Below are positions 1 to 7,704 of a DNA stretch of 64,000 nt, in pieces (position 1 is the stretch's first letter; each line of letters starts with the position of its first letter). Below the pieces are notes generated by a model. That model worked only from the letters and a program-made list of their open reading frames with translations, ran no database searches and was not told where the DNA came from. The DNA comes from Alphaproteobacteria bacterium (GTDB taxonomy: Bacteria > Pseudomonadota > Alphaproteobacteria > UBA828): contig CAXXMU010000002.1 of NCBI GenBank assembly GCA_963667785.2, forward strand, positions 416,001 to 480,000, in the 5' to 3' direction. Both the position numbers and the translations under genes were made by a program.

Positions 1-1032
1 GTGGCCGCGCAGGGCGATCTCGTCCTGGGGCGGACAGGCGGCGTCCGGGTCGATACCGATGGCGCCGCCCTCGGCGATGCGGATCTGGGCCCGCACCAGG
101 TCGACGCCGGTCACCTGCTCGGTGACGGTGTGCTCCACCTGGATGCGCGGGTTCACCTCGATGAAGTGAAAGAGGCCGGTATCGAGATCGTGCAGGAACT
201 CCACCGTGCCGACGTTGAGATAGTCGGCCGCCTTCGCCAGGGCGAGCGCGTGCCCGGTGAGGGCCTCGCGCCCGTCTGCGCTGAGGTCCGGGGCAGGCGC
301 GCACTCCACGATCTTCTGGTTGCGGCGCTGCACCGAGCAGTCCCGCTCGAAGAGATGGACGACGGTGCCGGCAGCATCGGCCGCGATCTGTACTTCCAGG
401 TGGCGGGCGCGCCGGATGAAGCGCTCGAAGTAGATGTCGTCCTTGCCGAAGGCGGCGTCCGCCTCGCGCCGCGCCGCGAGCAGAGCGGCCTCGAATTCCT
501 CCGGCTCGTCCACCGTTCGCATGCCGCGACCGCCGCCGCCCCAGCTCGCCTTGAGGATTCCCGGAAAGCCCACCTCGCGCACGAGCGTCAGCGCGGCCTG
601 AGGGTCCGCCGGCAGCGCCTCGGTCGCGGGCACCGTGGGCACGCCGGCGGCGGCCGCGATGGCGCGCGCCGAGACCTTGTCGCCGAGCCGGCGCAGCGTC
701 TCCGGGCGCGGCCCGATGAAGGTGAGCCCCGCGGCCTCGCAGGCCTCGGCGAGCTCCGGCGATTCGGAGAGGAAGCCGTAGCCCGGGTGGATGGCGTCGC
801 TTCGGGTCTCGACCGCGACGCGGACGATGTCGTCTACCGCGAGATAGGCGGTGACGGGGCCGCGCCCCTCGCCGATGCAATAGGATTCGTCCGCCTTGAA
901 GCGATGCAGCGCGAGGCGGTCCTCGTCTGCGTAGACCGCGACCGTGGTCTTGCCCATCTCGTTGGCGGCGCGCAGGACGCGGATGGCGATCTCGCCCCGG
1001 TTGGCCACAAGAATTCGTTGGAATGCGCTCAT
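1..1032 (-). CDS. pyc: Pyruvate carboxylase, N-terminal biotin carboxylase domain (runs off window start)
   Basis: Manual translation of the minus strand from ATG 1032 gives MSAFQRILVANRGEIAIRVLRAANEMGKTTVAVYADEDRLALHRFKADESY...IHPGYGFLSE...FIEVNPRIQVEHTVTE. HRFKADE is typical of pyruvate carboxylase. Absent from the ORF track because no stop lies within the window. Confidence 0.88.
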   Translation of the reverse strand, partial: MSAFQRILVANRGEIAIRVLRAANEMGKTTVAVYADEDRLALHRFKADESYCIGEGRGPVTAYLAVDDIVRVAVETRSDAIHPGYGFLSESPELAEACEAAGLTFIGPRPETLRRLGDKVSARAIAAAAGVPTVPATEALPADPQAALTLVREVGFPGILKASWGGGGRGMRTVDEPEEFEAALLAARREADAAFGKDDIYFERFIRRARHLEVQIAADAAGTVVHLFERDCSVQRRNQKIVECAPAPDLSADGREALTGHALALAKAADYLNVGTVEFLHDLDTGLFHFIEVNPRIQVEHTVTEQVTGVDLVRAQIRIAEGGAIGIDPDAACPPQDEIALRGH

Positions 1033-1072
1033 CGGTCCACCACTCGCCCACCCGACTTGCGGACGCGGCCGG

Positions 1073-2206
1073 TCAGAGGGCGTCGGTCTCGATGATGTCC
1101 ACGCCCCGCTGGCGGTCGATCAGGTAGATCAGTCCGCGATCGTCCACGGTCACGTCGTTCGACGAGGCCCGCTCGCATCCCTCCGGCGGGTCGGGAACGT
1201 AGCGTGCGACCTCGCGCGGCGCGAAGGGATCGGTCACGTCCACCAGCCGCAGGCCCTGGGCGAACCAGGCGAAGGGCACGACGTCGCCCACGAACCTGTC
1301 CGAGGGCTGGTGGCAGCCGGTCATGTCCGGCTGCGGGCTGCCGTCCCGATCCACGCCGTCCACGTGAATCGTGCTGATCGGGATCGGGCAGCGCTCGTCG
1401 GTGATGTCGTAGACCCAGGCGAAGGCCGGCGGCGCCGGCCACAGCTTCGCCACGTCCTCGTCCGCCACCACCATGATGCGCCGGCCCTTGAGCGGGTGCG
1501 GGAAGGGCAGGCAGGTATGGGTGGGATGGGGGAAGGCGGGGCTCGTGTTGACGCCCGAGACCAGCGTCGGCCGCGCCATGTCCTCGATATCGAGAATGAA
1601 GAGGCCGTGGTGCCAATAGCTGACGTAGAGCCGGTCGCCGAGCCGGAGCGGATGGTGGCAGCGCGGCGCCACCCACTCGCCCCAGGGATAATCCTCGCCG
1701 CCGGCCTCCCACTGGCCGGGAATCCACCAGCGGCCGACCTCTTCGGGCTGCGCCGGGTCGGCGAGGTCGAGGATCATCACGATATTGCCGACATAGCCCT
1801 CGGCCGTCGGCGAGATGTAGGCGTAGCGCCCGTCGAAGGTGAAGCGGTGCACGCCCTTGCCGGCGGTGCGCCACTTGGTGATGAGCGCCGGCTTGGCGGG
1901 GTTCGAGACGTCGTAGATGCCGAGCCCGCCGCCGAAGCCGTTGGCGTCGCTTCCGCCGCCGCCGAGCCGCTCGTGATTGACCAGCATCACGCCGTCGGCC
2001 GCGCGGACCTTGTGCGAGTGCCAGCCTTCCGGCAGCTCGATGCGGGCGAGCGTGCGCGGCTTCGCCGGGTCCGCCACGTCGACGATGGTGGTGCCCGACG
2101 GCCAGCGCATGTGGCCGATATAGAGGGTGGTGCCGTCGACCCAGACCTGGCCGCCGCCGGGGCAGTCGATATGGGCAATGCGGCGGGTGCGGTGTGCGTC
2201 GGCCAT
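1073..2206 (-). CDS. LVIVD-repeat (beta-propeller) protein
   Basis: Repeated TTIVDVADP / LGIYDVSNP / MILDLADP / LFILDIED / LRLVDVTDP motifs; conserved His clusters (HSHKV, GVHRF, CHHP, HPTHT, GCHQ). Confidence 0.85.
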   Translation of the reverse strand: MADAHRTRRIAHIDCPGGGQVWVDGTTLYIGHMRWPSGTTIVDVADPAKPRTLARIELPEGWHSHKVRAADGVMLVNHERLGGGGSDANGFGGGLGIYDVSNPAKPALITKWRTAGKGVHRFTFDGRYAYISPTAEGYVGNIVMILDLADPAQPEEVGRWWIPGQWEAGGEDYPWGEWVAPRCHHPLRLGDRLYVSYWHHGLFILDIEDMARPTLVSGVNTSPAFPHPTHTCLPFPHPLKGRRIMVVADEDVAKLWPAPPAFAWVYDITDERCPIPISTIHVDGVDRDGSPQPDMTGCHQPSDRFVGDVVPFAWFAQGLRLVDVTDPFAPREVARYVPDPPEGCERASSNDVTVDDRGLIYLIDRQRGVDIIETDAL

Positions 2207-2222
2207 CGTCGTGCGGCGCCCG

Positions 2223-3146
2223 CTACGAGCGGCCTTCGAGCGCGCGGCGGACGGCGACGAGCTGCCCGGCCCGCTTCCCCTGCAACGCTTTGATGTCGTC
2301 CGGCGTGTAGGAGAAGATTCCGGTCCCGGTCTTCATGCCGAGATCGCCCTTGGCGGTCCTCTCCGTGATGTATCCGCTCACGTTGTCGCGGTTGCAGAGG
2401 TCGGCGTTCAGGTAGCTGCCGACCGCCTGGTAGATGTCGAGGCCGGCCATGTCGAGCAGCGACATCGGCCCCACCACCGCGAGCTTGTAGCCAATGCCCC
2501 AGGAGACGCAGGTGTCCAGGCCCTCCGGCTCGATGACGCCGTTCTCCACCAGGTCGCAGGCCTCGCGCATGATGGCGTAGAGGATGCGGTTCTCGACGAA
2601 GCCGGGCACGTCCTTCTTGACCACCACCGGCAGCAGATTGAGGTCCTTGATCGCCTGCACCATCCGGTCGACGGTGGCCTGCGAGGTCTCGGCGCCGGCG
2701 ATGACCTCGATGACCGGGATGATGAAGGGCGGGTTGGACCAGTGCATGCCGACCACCCGGCCCGGCGCCGAGTTGCCCTCCTGCAGCGTCGTCACCGGGA
2801 TGCCCGAGGTGTTGGAGGCGAGGATGCAGTCCTTCGACACCAGCGTGTCCAGGTCGGCGAACACGGCGCGCTTGATGTCGGCCTTCTCCGGCACGCTCTC
2901 CAGCACCAGATCGCAACCGGCGACGGCGTCCGCCAGCGTGTCGTGATAGCTGATCAGCTCCGCCCCGCCTCGATCGGGCATCCCGAGCTTCTCCAGCACG
3001 CCGAAGGCGATGCCGGCAGTGCCCGGCGCCTTCTCCAATTGCGCCGCCTCCGTGTCGAAGGCGCGCACCGTAAGCCCGCCGCGCGCGAGCGTCGCCGCCA
3101 TGCCGGGCCCCATGGTGCCCAGGCCGATCACCGCTGCCGTGGTCAT
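2223..3146 (-). CDS. 3-hydroxyacyl-CoA dehydrogenase-family enzyme, closest recognised match 5-formyl-3-hydroxy-2-methylpyridine-4-carboxylate (FHMPC) 5-dehydrogenase
   Basis: GLGTMGPGMA Rossmann motif; GMHWSNPP..IPVIEV; VVKKDVPGFVENR; LDTCVSWGIGYKLAVVGPMSLLDMAGLDIY. Recalled as nearly collinear with the Mesorhizobium loti B6-degradation enzyme. Start ATG 3146. Confidence 0.8.
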   Translation of the reverse strand: MTTAAVIGLGTMGPGMAATLARGGLTVRAFDTEAAQLEKAPGTAGIAFGVLEKLGMPDRGGAELISYHDTLADAVAGCDLVLESVPEKADIKRAVFADLDTLVSKDCILASNTSGIPVTTLQEGNSAPGRVVGMHWSNPPFIIPVIEVIAGAETSQATVDRMVQAIKDLNLLPVVVKKDVPGFVENRILYAIMREACDLVENGVIEPEGLDTCVSWGIGYKLAVVGPMSLLDMAGLDIYQAVGSYLNADLCNRDNVSGYITERTAKGDLGMKTGTGIFSYTPDDIKALQGKRAGQLVAVRRALEGRS

Positions 3147-3189
3147 GTCCGTCGTTCTCCCTGTCCTGACTGCCTGTTCGGGTTCCCGT

Positions 3190-4344
3190 CTAGACGAGGC
3201 GGACGGTGTCGCCCGCGCCGTCGCGGCCCCATTTCTTGAAGTGACCGAGCGCCTCCAGCGCCGGCCGGTCGCTCGCCACGAAGAGGACGGCGGTCTCGTT
3301 GTCGGAGTCGTTGACGTGCCGGCACCAGGCGCCGCCCGGCACCGCGAGCGTATCGAACGGGGCCCAGTCGAAGCGTGCGTCGCCAACGATGCTGTAGCCG
3401 CGTCCTTCGAGCGGGGCGACCAGCAGGCTCGCGGTCTGCCTGAGAGGCTGCGTGCTCTCGCCGGGGCGCAGCATCTGGGCGAAGAAGGTCATCGTCTTGA
3501 ACACCGGGCCGCCGCGGGTGGGGTCCACATACTCGACCATCAGGGCCTCGTAGGGATCGCCGTCGCGATCCCGATGCTCCTCCAGCAGCGTGCGCATGGG
3601 CTCCCAGCGATAGACGTACATCGGGGACGACGTGCCGCTGCCGCGCGCGTGCGGCACGAAGCAGGGCATCAGGCCGCCGCTGCCGTAGATCTCGGCCGAA
3701 TAGTCGGGGCTGAAGCGGGCGGACTGCTCCCGGGCCGCGATCGCGCGGCCGTCGCGCTCCTCCTTGTAGTCGTGCTCGAAGTAGATCGCGTTGAGCACCT
3801 CGACCAGCGGCAGGTCGAGCACCGAGAGGTTGACCGCCGCCTCGTCGCCCTTGTTGCCGTGGTTGTGCCACGTGTCCTGTGGCGTCAGCACCATGTCGCC
3901 GGGGCCGAACACGATGTCCTCGCCCTCGACGCCGGTGAAGTTCATCGTGCCCGTGAGACCGAGGCGGATGGCGTTGGGCGAGTGGCGATGGGGCGGCATC
4001 ACCTCGTTGGGGTCGTTGAGCCGGTAGGCGGTGTACATGGTGGAGACCGTCGCCCGCGTCGGCGCAAGGCCGGGGTTCACCAGGATCAGCGAGCGGCGCT
4101 CGGAATCCGCCATCGAGACCAGCGCCGCCGAGCGGCGCAGCAGGGGCTCGATCTCGCTCTCGTAGCGCCACAGATGGGGGACCGCGCCGCGGCCCGCCAT
4201 GAGCTGCTTGATCTCGTCGTGGTCGACCTCGGTGGTGGTCGCCCAGAAGGGGAACATGTGGCCGCGGTGGACGTCGTCGTAGAGCGCGGCGAGCGCGGCC
4301 TCGCGATCGTCCGTCCCGGTAGCCGCCCGCTGCGCCTCGGTCAT
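3190..4344 (-). CDS. Bicupin ring-cleaving dioxygenase, gentisate 1,2-dioxygenase family
   Basis: ERRSLILVNPG, PPHRHSPNAIR and GDMVLTPQDTWHNHGN supply 3-His metal ligands; the second cupin lacks HxH. Start ATG 4344 (MTEAQRA). Confidence 0.85.
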   Translation of the reverse strand: MTEAQRAATGTDDREAALAALYDDVHRGHMFPFWATTTEVDHDEIKQLMAGRGAVPHLWRYESEIEPLLRRSAALVSMADSERRSLILVNPGLAPTRATVSTMYTAYRLNDPNEVMPPHRHSPNAIRLGLTGTMNFTGVEGEDIVFGPGDMVLTPQDTWHNHGNKGDEAAVNLSVLDLPLVEVLNAIYFEHDYKEERDGRAIAAREQSARFSPDYSAEIYGSGGLMPCFVPHARGSGTSSPMYVYRWEPMRTLLEEHRDRDGDPYEALMVEYVDPTRGGPVFKTMTFFAQMLRPGESTQPLRQTASLLVAPLEGRGYSIVGDARFDWAPFDTLAVPGGAWCRHVNDSDNETAVLFVASDRPALEALGHFKKWGRDGAGDTVRLV

Positions 4345-4505
4345 CGCCGCCCGCCGCCTCTCGCGCCCGCCCGCCGTCGGCGGCCGCCGCTCTGACGCAC
4401 TAGAGTATGTGGCGCCTCCGCCCCCGGCAACCGGGCAGGGCACAGACGAGGCACAAGGTTCTTGACCTCCCGGTCCGAGTATGGTTCGTCTAGGCCACTG
4501 GACGC

Positions 4506-4651
4506 GCTCATCCAGAGCGGTGGAGGGACAGGCCCTTCGAAGCCGCGGCAACCGCCTAGAGCGGTGCCAATGCCTGATCGATGAGTCAGCCGAAGGCGGT
4601 GCTCCGCTCTCGGCGCTCGCAGAGCGCGTAGGAGTGAAGAGGAGTACCGCC
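4506..4651 (+). promoter_or_regulatory. SAM-I-family riboswitch (P4-less, SAM-I/IV-like) plus expression platform
   Basis: P1 GCTCATC(4506-4512)/GATGAGT(4580-4586); CAGAG J1/2; kink-turn P2 GGTGGAGGGACAGGCCCTTCGAAGCC; P3 GGCAACC...GGTGCC; pseudoknot CAGG/CCTG; no P4. Helix 4595-4605/4641-4651 covers the AGGAG at 4640-4644. Confidence 0.88.
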
Positions 4652-4653
4652 GG

Positions 4654-4719
4654 ATGACGAATCCGTACGTGCCGCCATCAGCCCCGCCAGGGGCCGCGTC
4701 CCGTTTCACCTGTACCTAG
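4654..4719 (+). CDS. Putative 21-aa upstream ORF (MTNPYVPPSAPPGAASRFTCT) directly downstream of the riboswitch
   Basis: AGGAG 9 nt before ATG 4654; TAG at 4717-4719; the SD lies within the predicted riboswitch helix. Confidence 0.4.
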   Translation: MTNPYVPPSAPPGAASRFTCT

Positions 4720-4845
4720 GCTGCCGCGCGTAGCCGATCCCGACGGGCATGACGCATGGAAGACCGCGGTCCTCCATGCGTCCGGCGCCGCCACCGCGTG
4801 GTGCGGCGTCGCCGCCCCCCAACCTCACTCGAAAGGAGCAATCCC

Positions 4846-5409
4846 ATGTCCGACACCAGCGCAACGCCTAGCCTGAACGGCGTCAACGTCGAGCACCTGC
4901 TCGGCGCCCGCAACGCGCTCGGCGAGACGCCCGAAGCCGGCCTCTTCAAGTGGCGCGTCACCAACCAGTGGCTGCACGGCACCCACAGCGCGTCCTCCGT
5001 CGAGGGCTATTTCGGCCTCGGCGGCGAGCACGACCACAAGGCGACCTACAAGTTCGAGTCCGACCATCCGCTTGTGTTCGCGGCCGAGGACAATGCCGCG
5101 ACGCCGGTGGAGATCGTCCTCGTCGGGCTGGCGAGCTGCCTCACCGCAGGCGTCGCGGCGGTGGCGCAGGTGAGGGAGATCCAGCTTCGTTCGGTCACGG
5201 CCACGGTCGAGGGCGACATGGACATCGCCGGCATCCTCGGCGCCGACCCCGATGTCCGTAACGGCTTCAGCAACGTCCGGGTCACTTACGACATCGATGC
5301 CGATGCTTCGCCCGAGGACATCCAGGCGCTCGTCGCCCAGTCGCAGAAGCGCTCGGCCGTGTTCGACATCCTGACCAACCCGGTGAACGTCTCGGTCGAG
5401 GTGAGCTGA
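4846..5409 (+). CDS. OsmC/Ohr-family protein
   Basis: RBS GAAAGGAG; ATPVEIVLVGLASCLTAG; VEGDMDIAGILG...VRNGF; QKRSAVFD (Ser at the usual second Cys position). Confidence 0.85.
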   Translation: MSDTSATPSLNGVNVEHLLGARNALGETPEAGLFKWRVTNQWLHGTHSASSVEGYFGLGGEHDHKATYKFESDHPLVFAAEDNAATPVEIVLVGLASCLTAGVAAVAQVREIQLRSVTATVEGDMDIAGILGADPDVRNGFSNVRVTYDIDADASPEDIQALVAQSQKRSAVFDILTNPVNVSVEVS

Positions 5410-5434
5410 GCTGAGCTAAGTTGAGCCCGGAGCC

Positions 5435-6688
5435 GTGCGTACGACCACCGTCGTCGTCGGGGCCGGGCATGCCGGCCTTGCCGTGAGCCATTGCCTGGCC
5501 GCGTGCGGGATCGACCATGTGGTGATCGAGCGCGGCGAGGTGGCTCACACGTGGCGGACGGAGCGCTGGGAGTCGCTCCGTCTGCTCACGCCCAACTGGC
5601 TGACCCGTGTGCCCGGCCTCGCCTACGACGGTGACGATCCCGACGGCTTCATGACCATGGCCGAGGTGGTGGCGTTCATCGAACGCTATGCCCGGCTCGT
5701 CGCGCCGCCGCTGGAGACCGGCACCACCGTCGAATCCTTGACCGCCACGGGCGAGGGCTACGAGGTGGTCACCGATCGCGGCGTCTGGCGCTGCGCCAGC
5801 GCGGTCATCGCCTCCGGTGCCTGCAACCTGCCTAAGGTGCCGGCGGCCGCGGCCGCGCTTCCCGGCGGTGTCGAATCGGTGACGCCCATGGACTACGCAC
5901 GGCCCGAGGCGCTGCCGGAAGGCGGCGTGCTGGTGGTGGGCGCATCGGCCTCAGGCGTGCAGATCGCGGACGAGGTCCACCGCTCCGGCCGGCCCGTGAC
6001 GCTCGCGGTGGGCGAGCATGTCCGCATGCCGCGCATCTACCGGGGCAGGGACATCCTGTGGTGGATGGATCGCACCGGCCTGCACGACGAGCGCTACGAC
6101 GAGATCGACGACATCGTCCGCGCGCGCCGGCTGCCCTCGCCCCAGCTCGTGGGCACGCCCGAGCGCATCACGCTCAATCTCAACACGCTCACCGACGAGG
6201 GCGTCCGGCTCGTCGGCCCGCTCGCCGGGTTCTCGGACGGCACGGCGCAGTTCGGAGGCTCGCTCCGCAACAAGTGCACGCTCGCCGATCTCAAGCAGAG
6301 CCGGCTGCTCGACACGATCGACGAATGGGCCACCGAGAACGGGATCGACGACGAGGTGGAGCCGCCGCAGCGCTTCGAGGCGACGCGGGTGGAGGAGACG
6401 CCGCCGCTCACGCTCGATCTCGCGCGGAACGGGATCAGGACCGTGATCTGGGCGACCGGCTACGAGGCCGACCACTCCTGGATCGACCTGCCCGTCTTCG
6501 ACCACAAGGGCAGGCTCCGCCACGATGGCGGCGTGGTGACCGGCGCGCCCGGCCTCTACCGGATCGGCCTGAATGTCCTGCGCCGCCGCAAGTCGAGCTT
6601 CATCCACGGCATCGAGGACGACGCCCGCGACCTGACGGCACATCTGGTGGCCTACGTCGGGGCGGGGGAGCCCGGCGCCCGCGCCTGA
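5435..6688 (+). CDS. FAD/NAD(P)-dependent oxidoreductase (flavin-containing monooxygenase-like)
   Basis: VVGAGHAG FAD motif, W...RWESLRLLTPNW, second dinucleotide motif VVGASASGVQIA, VIWATGY. Confidence 0.85.
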   Translation: MRTTTVVVGAGHAGLAVSHCLAACGIDHVVIERGEVAHTWRTERWESLRLLTPNWLTRVPGLAYDGDDPDGFMTMAEVVAFIERYARLVAPPLETGTTVESLTATGEGYEVVTDRGVWRCASAVIASGACNLPKVPAAAAALPGGVESVTPMDYARPEALPEGGVLVVGASASGVQIADEVHRSGRPVTLAVGEHVRMPRIYRGRDILWWMDRTGLHDERYDEIDDIVRARRLPSPQLVGTPERITLNLNTLTDEGVRLVGPLAGFSDGTAQFGGSLRNKCTLADLKQSRLLDTIDEWATENGIDDEVEPPQRFEATRVEETPPLTLDLARNGIRTVIWATGYEADHSWIDLPVFDHKGRLRHDGGVVTGAPGLYRIGLNVLRRRKSSFIHGIEDDARDLTAHLVAYVGAGEPGARA

Positions 6689-6792
6689 CACCGCGTCCGG
6701 CCGTCGCGCGCCATCGCGGCTCACGGACATTCGTGCCATCATCGGCGAGAGGGGCGCCGCGCCCCGGTGACGCCATTCGGGAGACGTGAAAC

Positions 6793-7683
6793 ATGGGGCG
6801 CAAGGTCATCGTCACCTGCGCGGTGACAGGCTCGGCCGACACGGTGGAGAAGAACCCGGCGGTGCCGGTGACGCCCGACGAGATCGCGCGCTCCGCGATC
6901 GACGCGGCCAGGGCGGGCGCGGCCATCGTGCACGTGCACGTGCGCGATCCCGAGACCGGCAAGGCCAGCATGGAGCTCGACCACTACCGCGAGACCGCCG
7001 GCCGGATTCGCCAGAGCGACACCGATGTCGTGCTGAACCTCACCACCGGCTACGGCGCCCGCCTCAGCCCCGGCGTGGAGGACCCCTTCGACTACGGGCC
7101 CGGTACCACCTTCACCGCGCCGGCGAAGCGCATCGCCCACGTGGGCGAGCTCAGGCCCGAGATCTGCAGCCTCGACGTGGCGACCATGAACTCCGGCGGC
7201 ATCCGCGACCACAGTGTCATGATCAACTCGCCGCCCCAGCTCCGCTACATGGCCGATGCCATGCGCGCGTGGGGCGTGGTGCCCGAGCTCGAGGTCTTCG
7301 ACGTGGGCCACGTGCGGCTCGCGGCGAACCTGATCGAGAGGGGGCACGTCAAGGCTCCCGGGTTCTTCCAGCTCTGCCTCGGGATCGAGTGGGGCGCGCC
7401 GGCCACGCCGGAAGCGCTTTCCTACATGAAGAGCCTGCTGCCCGCCGGCGCGCACTGGGCCGCCTTCGGCATCTCCCGCGACCAGCTCCCGGTGATCGGG
7501 CTTTCGGTGCTGCACGGCGGCCATGTCCGCACCGGGCTCGAGGACAATCTCTATCTCGGGCGGGGCACGCTCGCGCCGTCCAATGCGGCGCTGGTGGAGC
7601 AGGCGGTCAGCCTGATCCGCATGCTGGGGGCGGAGCCGGCGACGGCGGCCGAGGCGCGCGAGATTCTCGGCACGCGCGACTGA
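6793..7683 (+). CDS. Beta-keto acid cleavage enzyme (BKACE/DUF849; 3-keto-5-aminohexanoate cleavage family)
   Basis: IVTCAVTG, PVTPDEIA, AGAAIVHVHVRDP (Zn HxH), GGHVRTGLEDN. Confidence 0.9.
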   Translation: MGRKVIVTCAVTGSADTVEKNPAVPVTPDEIARSAIDAARAGAAIVHVHVRDPETGKASMELDHYRETAGRIRQSDTDVVLNLTTGYGARLSPGVEDPFDYGPGTTFTAPAKRIAHVGELRPEICSLDVATMNSGGIRDHSVMINSPPQLRYMADAMRAWGVVPELEVFDVGHVRLAANLIERGHVKAPGFFQLCLGIEWGAPATPEALSYMKSLLPAGAHWAAFGISRDQLPVIGLSVLHGGHVRTGLEDNLYLGRGTLAPSNAALVEQAVSLIRMLGAEPATAAEAREILGTRD

Positions 7684-7704
7684 GCCGGGGGGGGCAGACG
7701 AGCC

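Noticed and set aside
1-1095. 364-aa plus-strand ORF
   Set aside because: Antisense shadow of pyruvate carboxylase on the minus strand; no recognisable motifs.
4756-4845. Arg-rich N-terminal extension of OsmC, or read-through from the uORF
   Set aside because: A strong RBS precedes ATG 4846, and two in-frame stops (TAG 4717, TGA 4750) separate the uORF from it; no evidence for recoding.
5401-5426. GAGCT tandem microrepeat at the osmC stop
   Set aside because: Only about three units; too short to support phase variation or an array.
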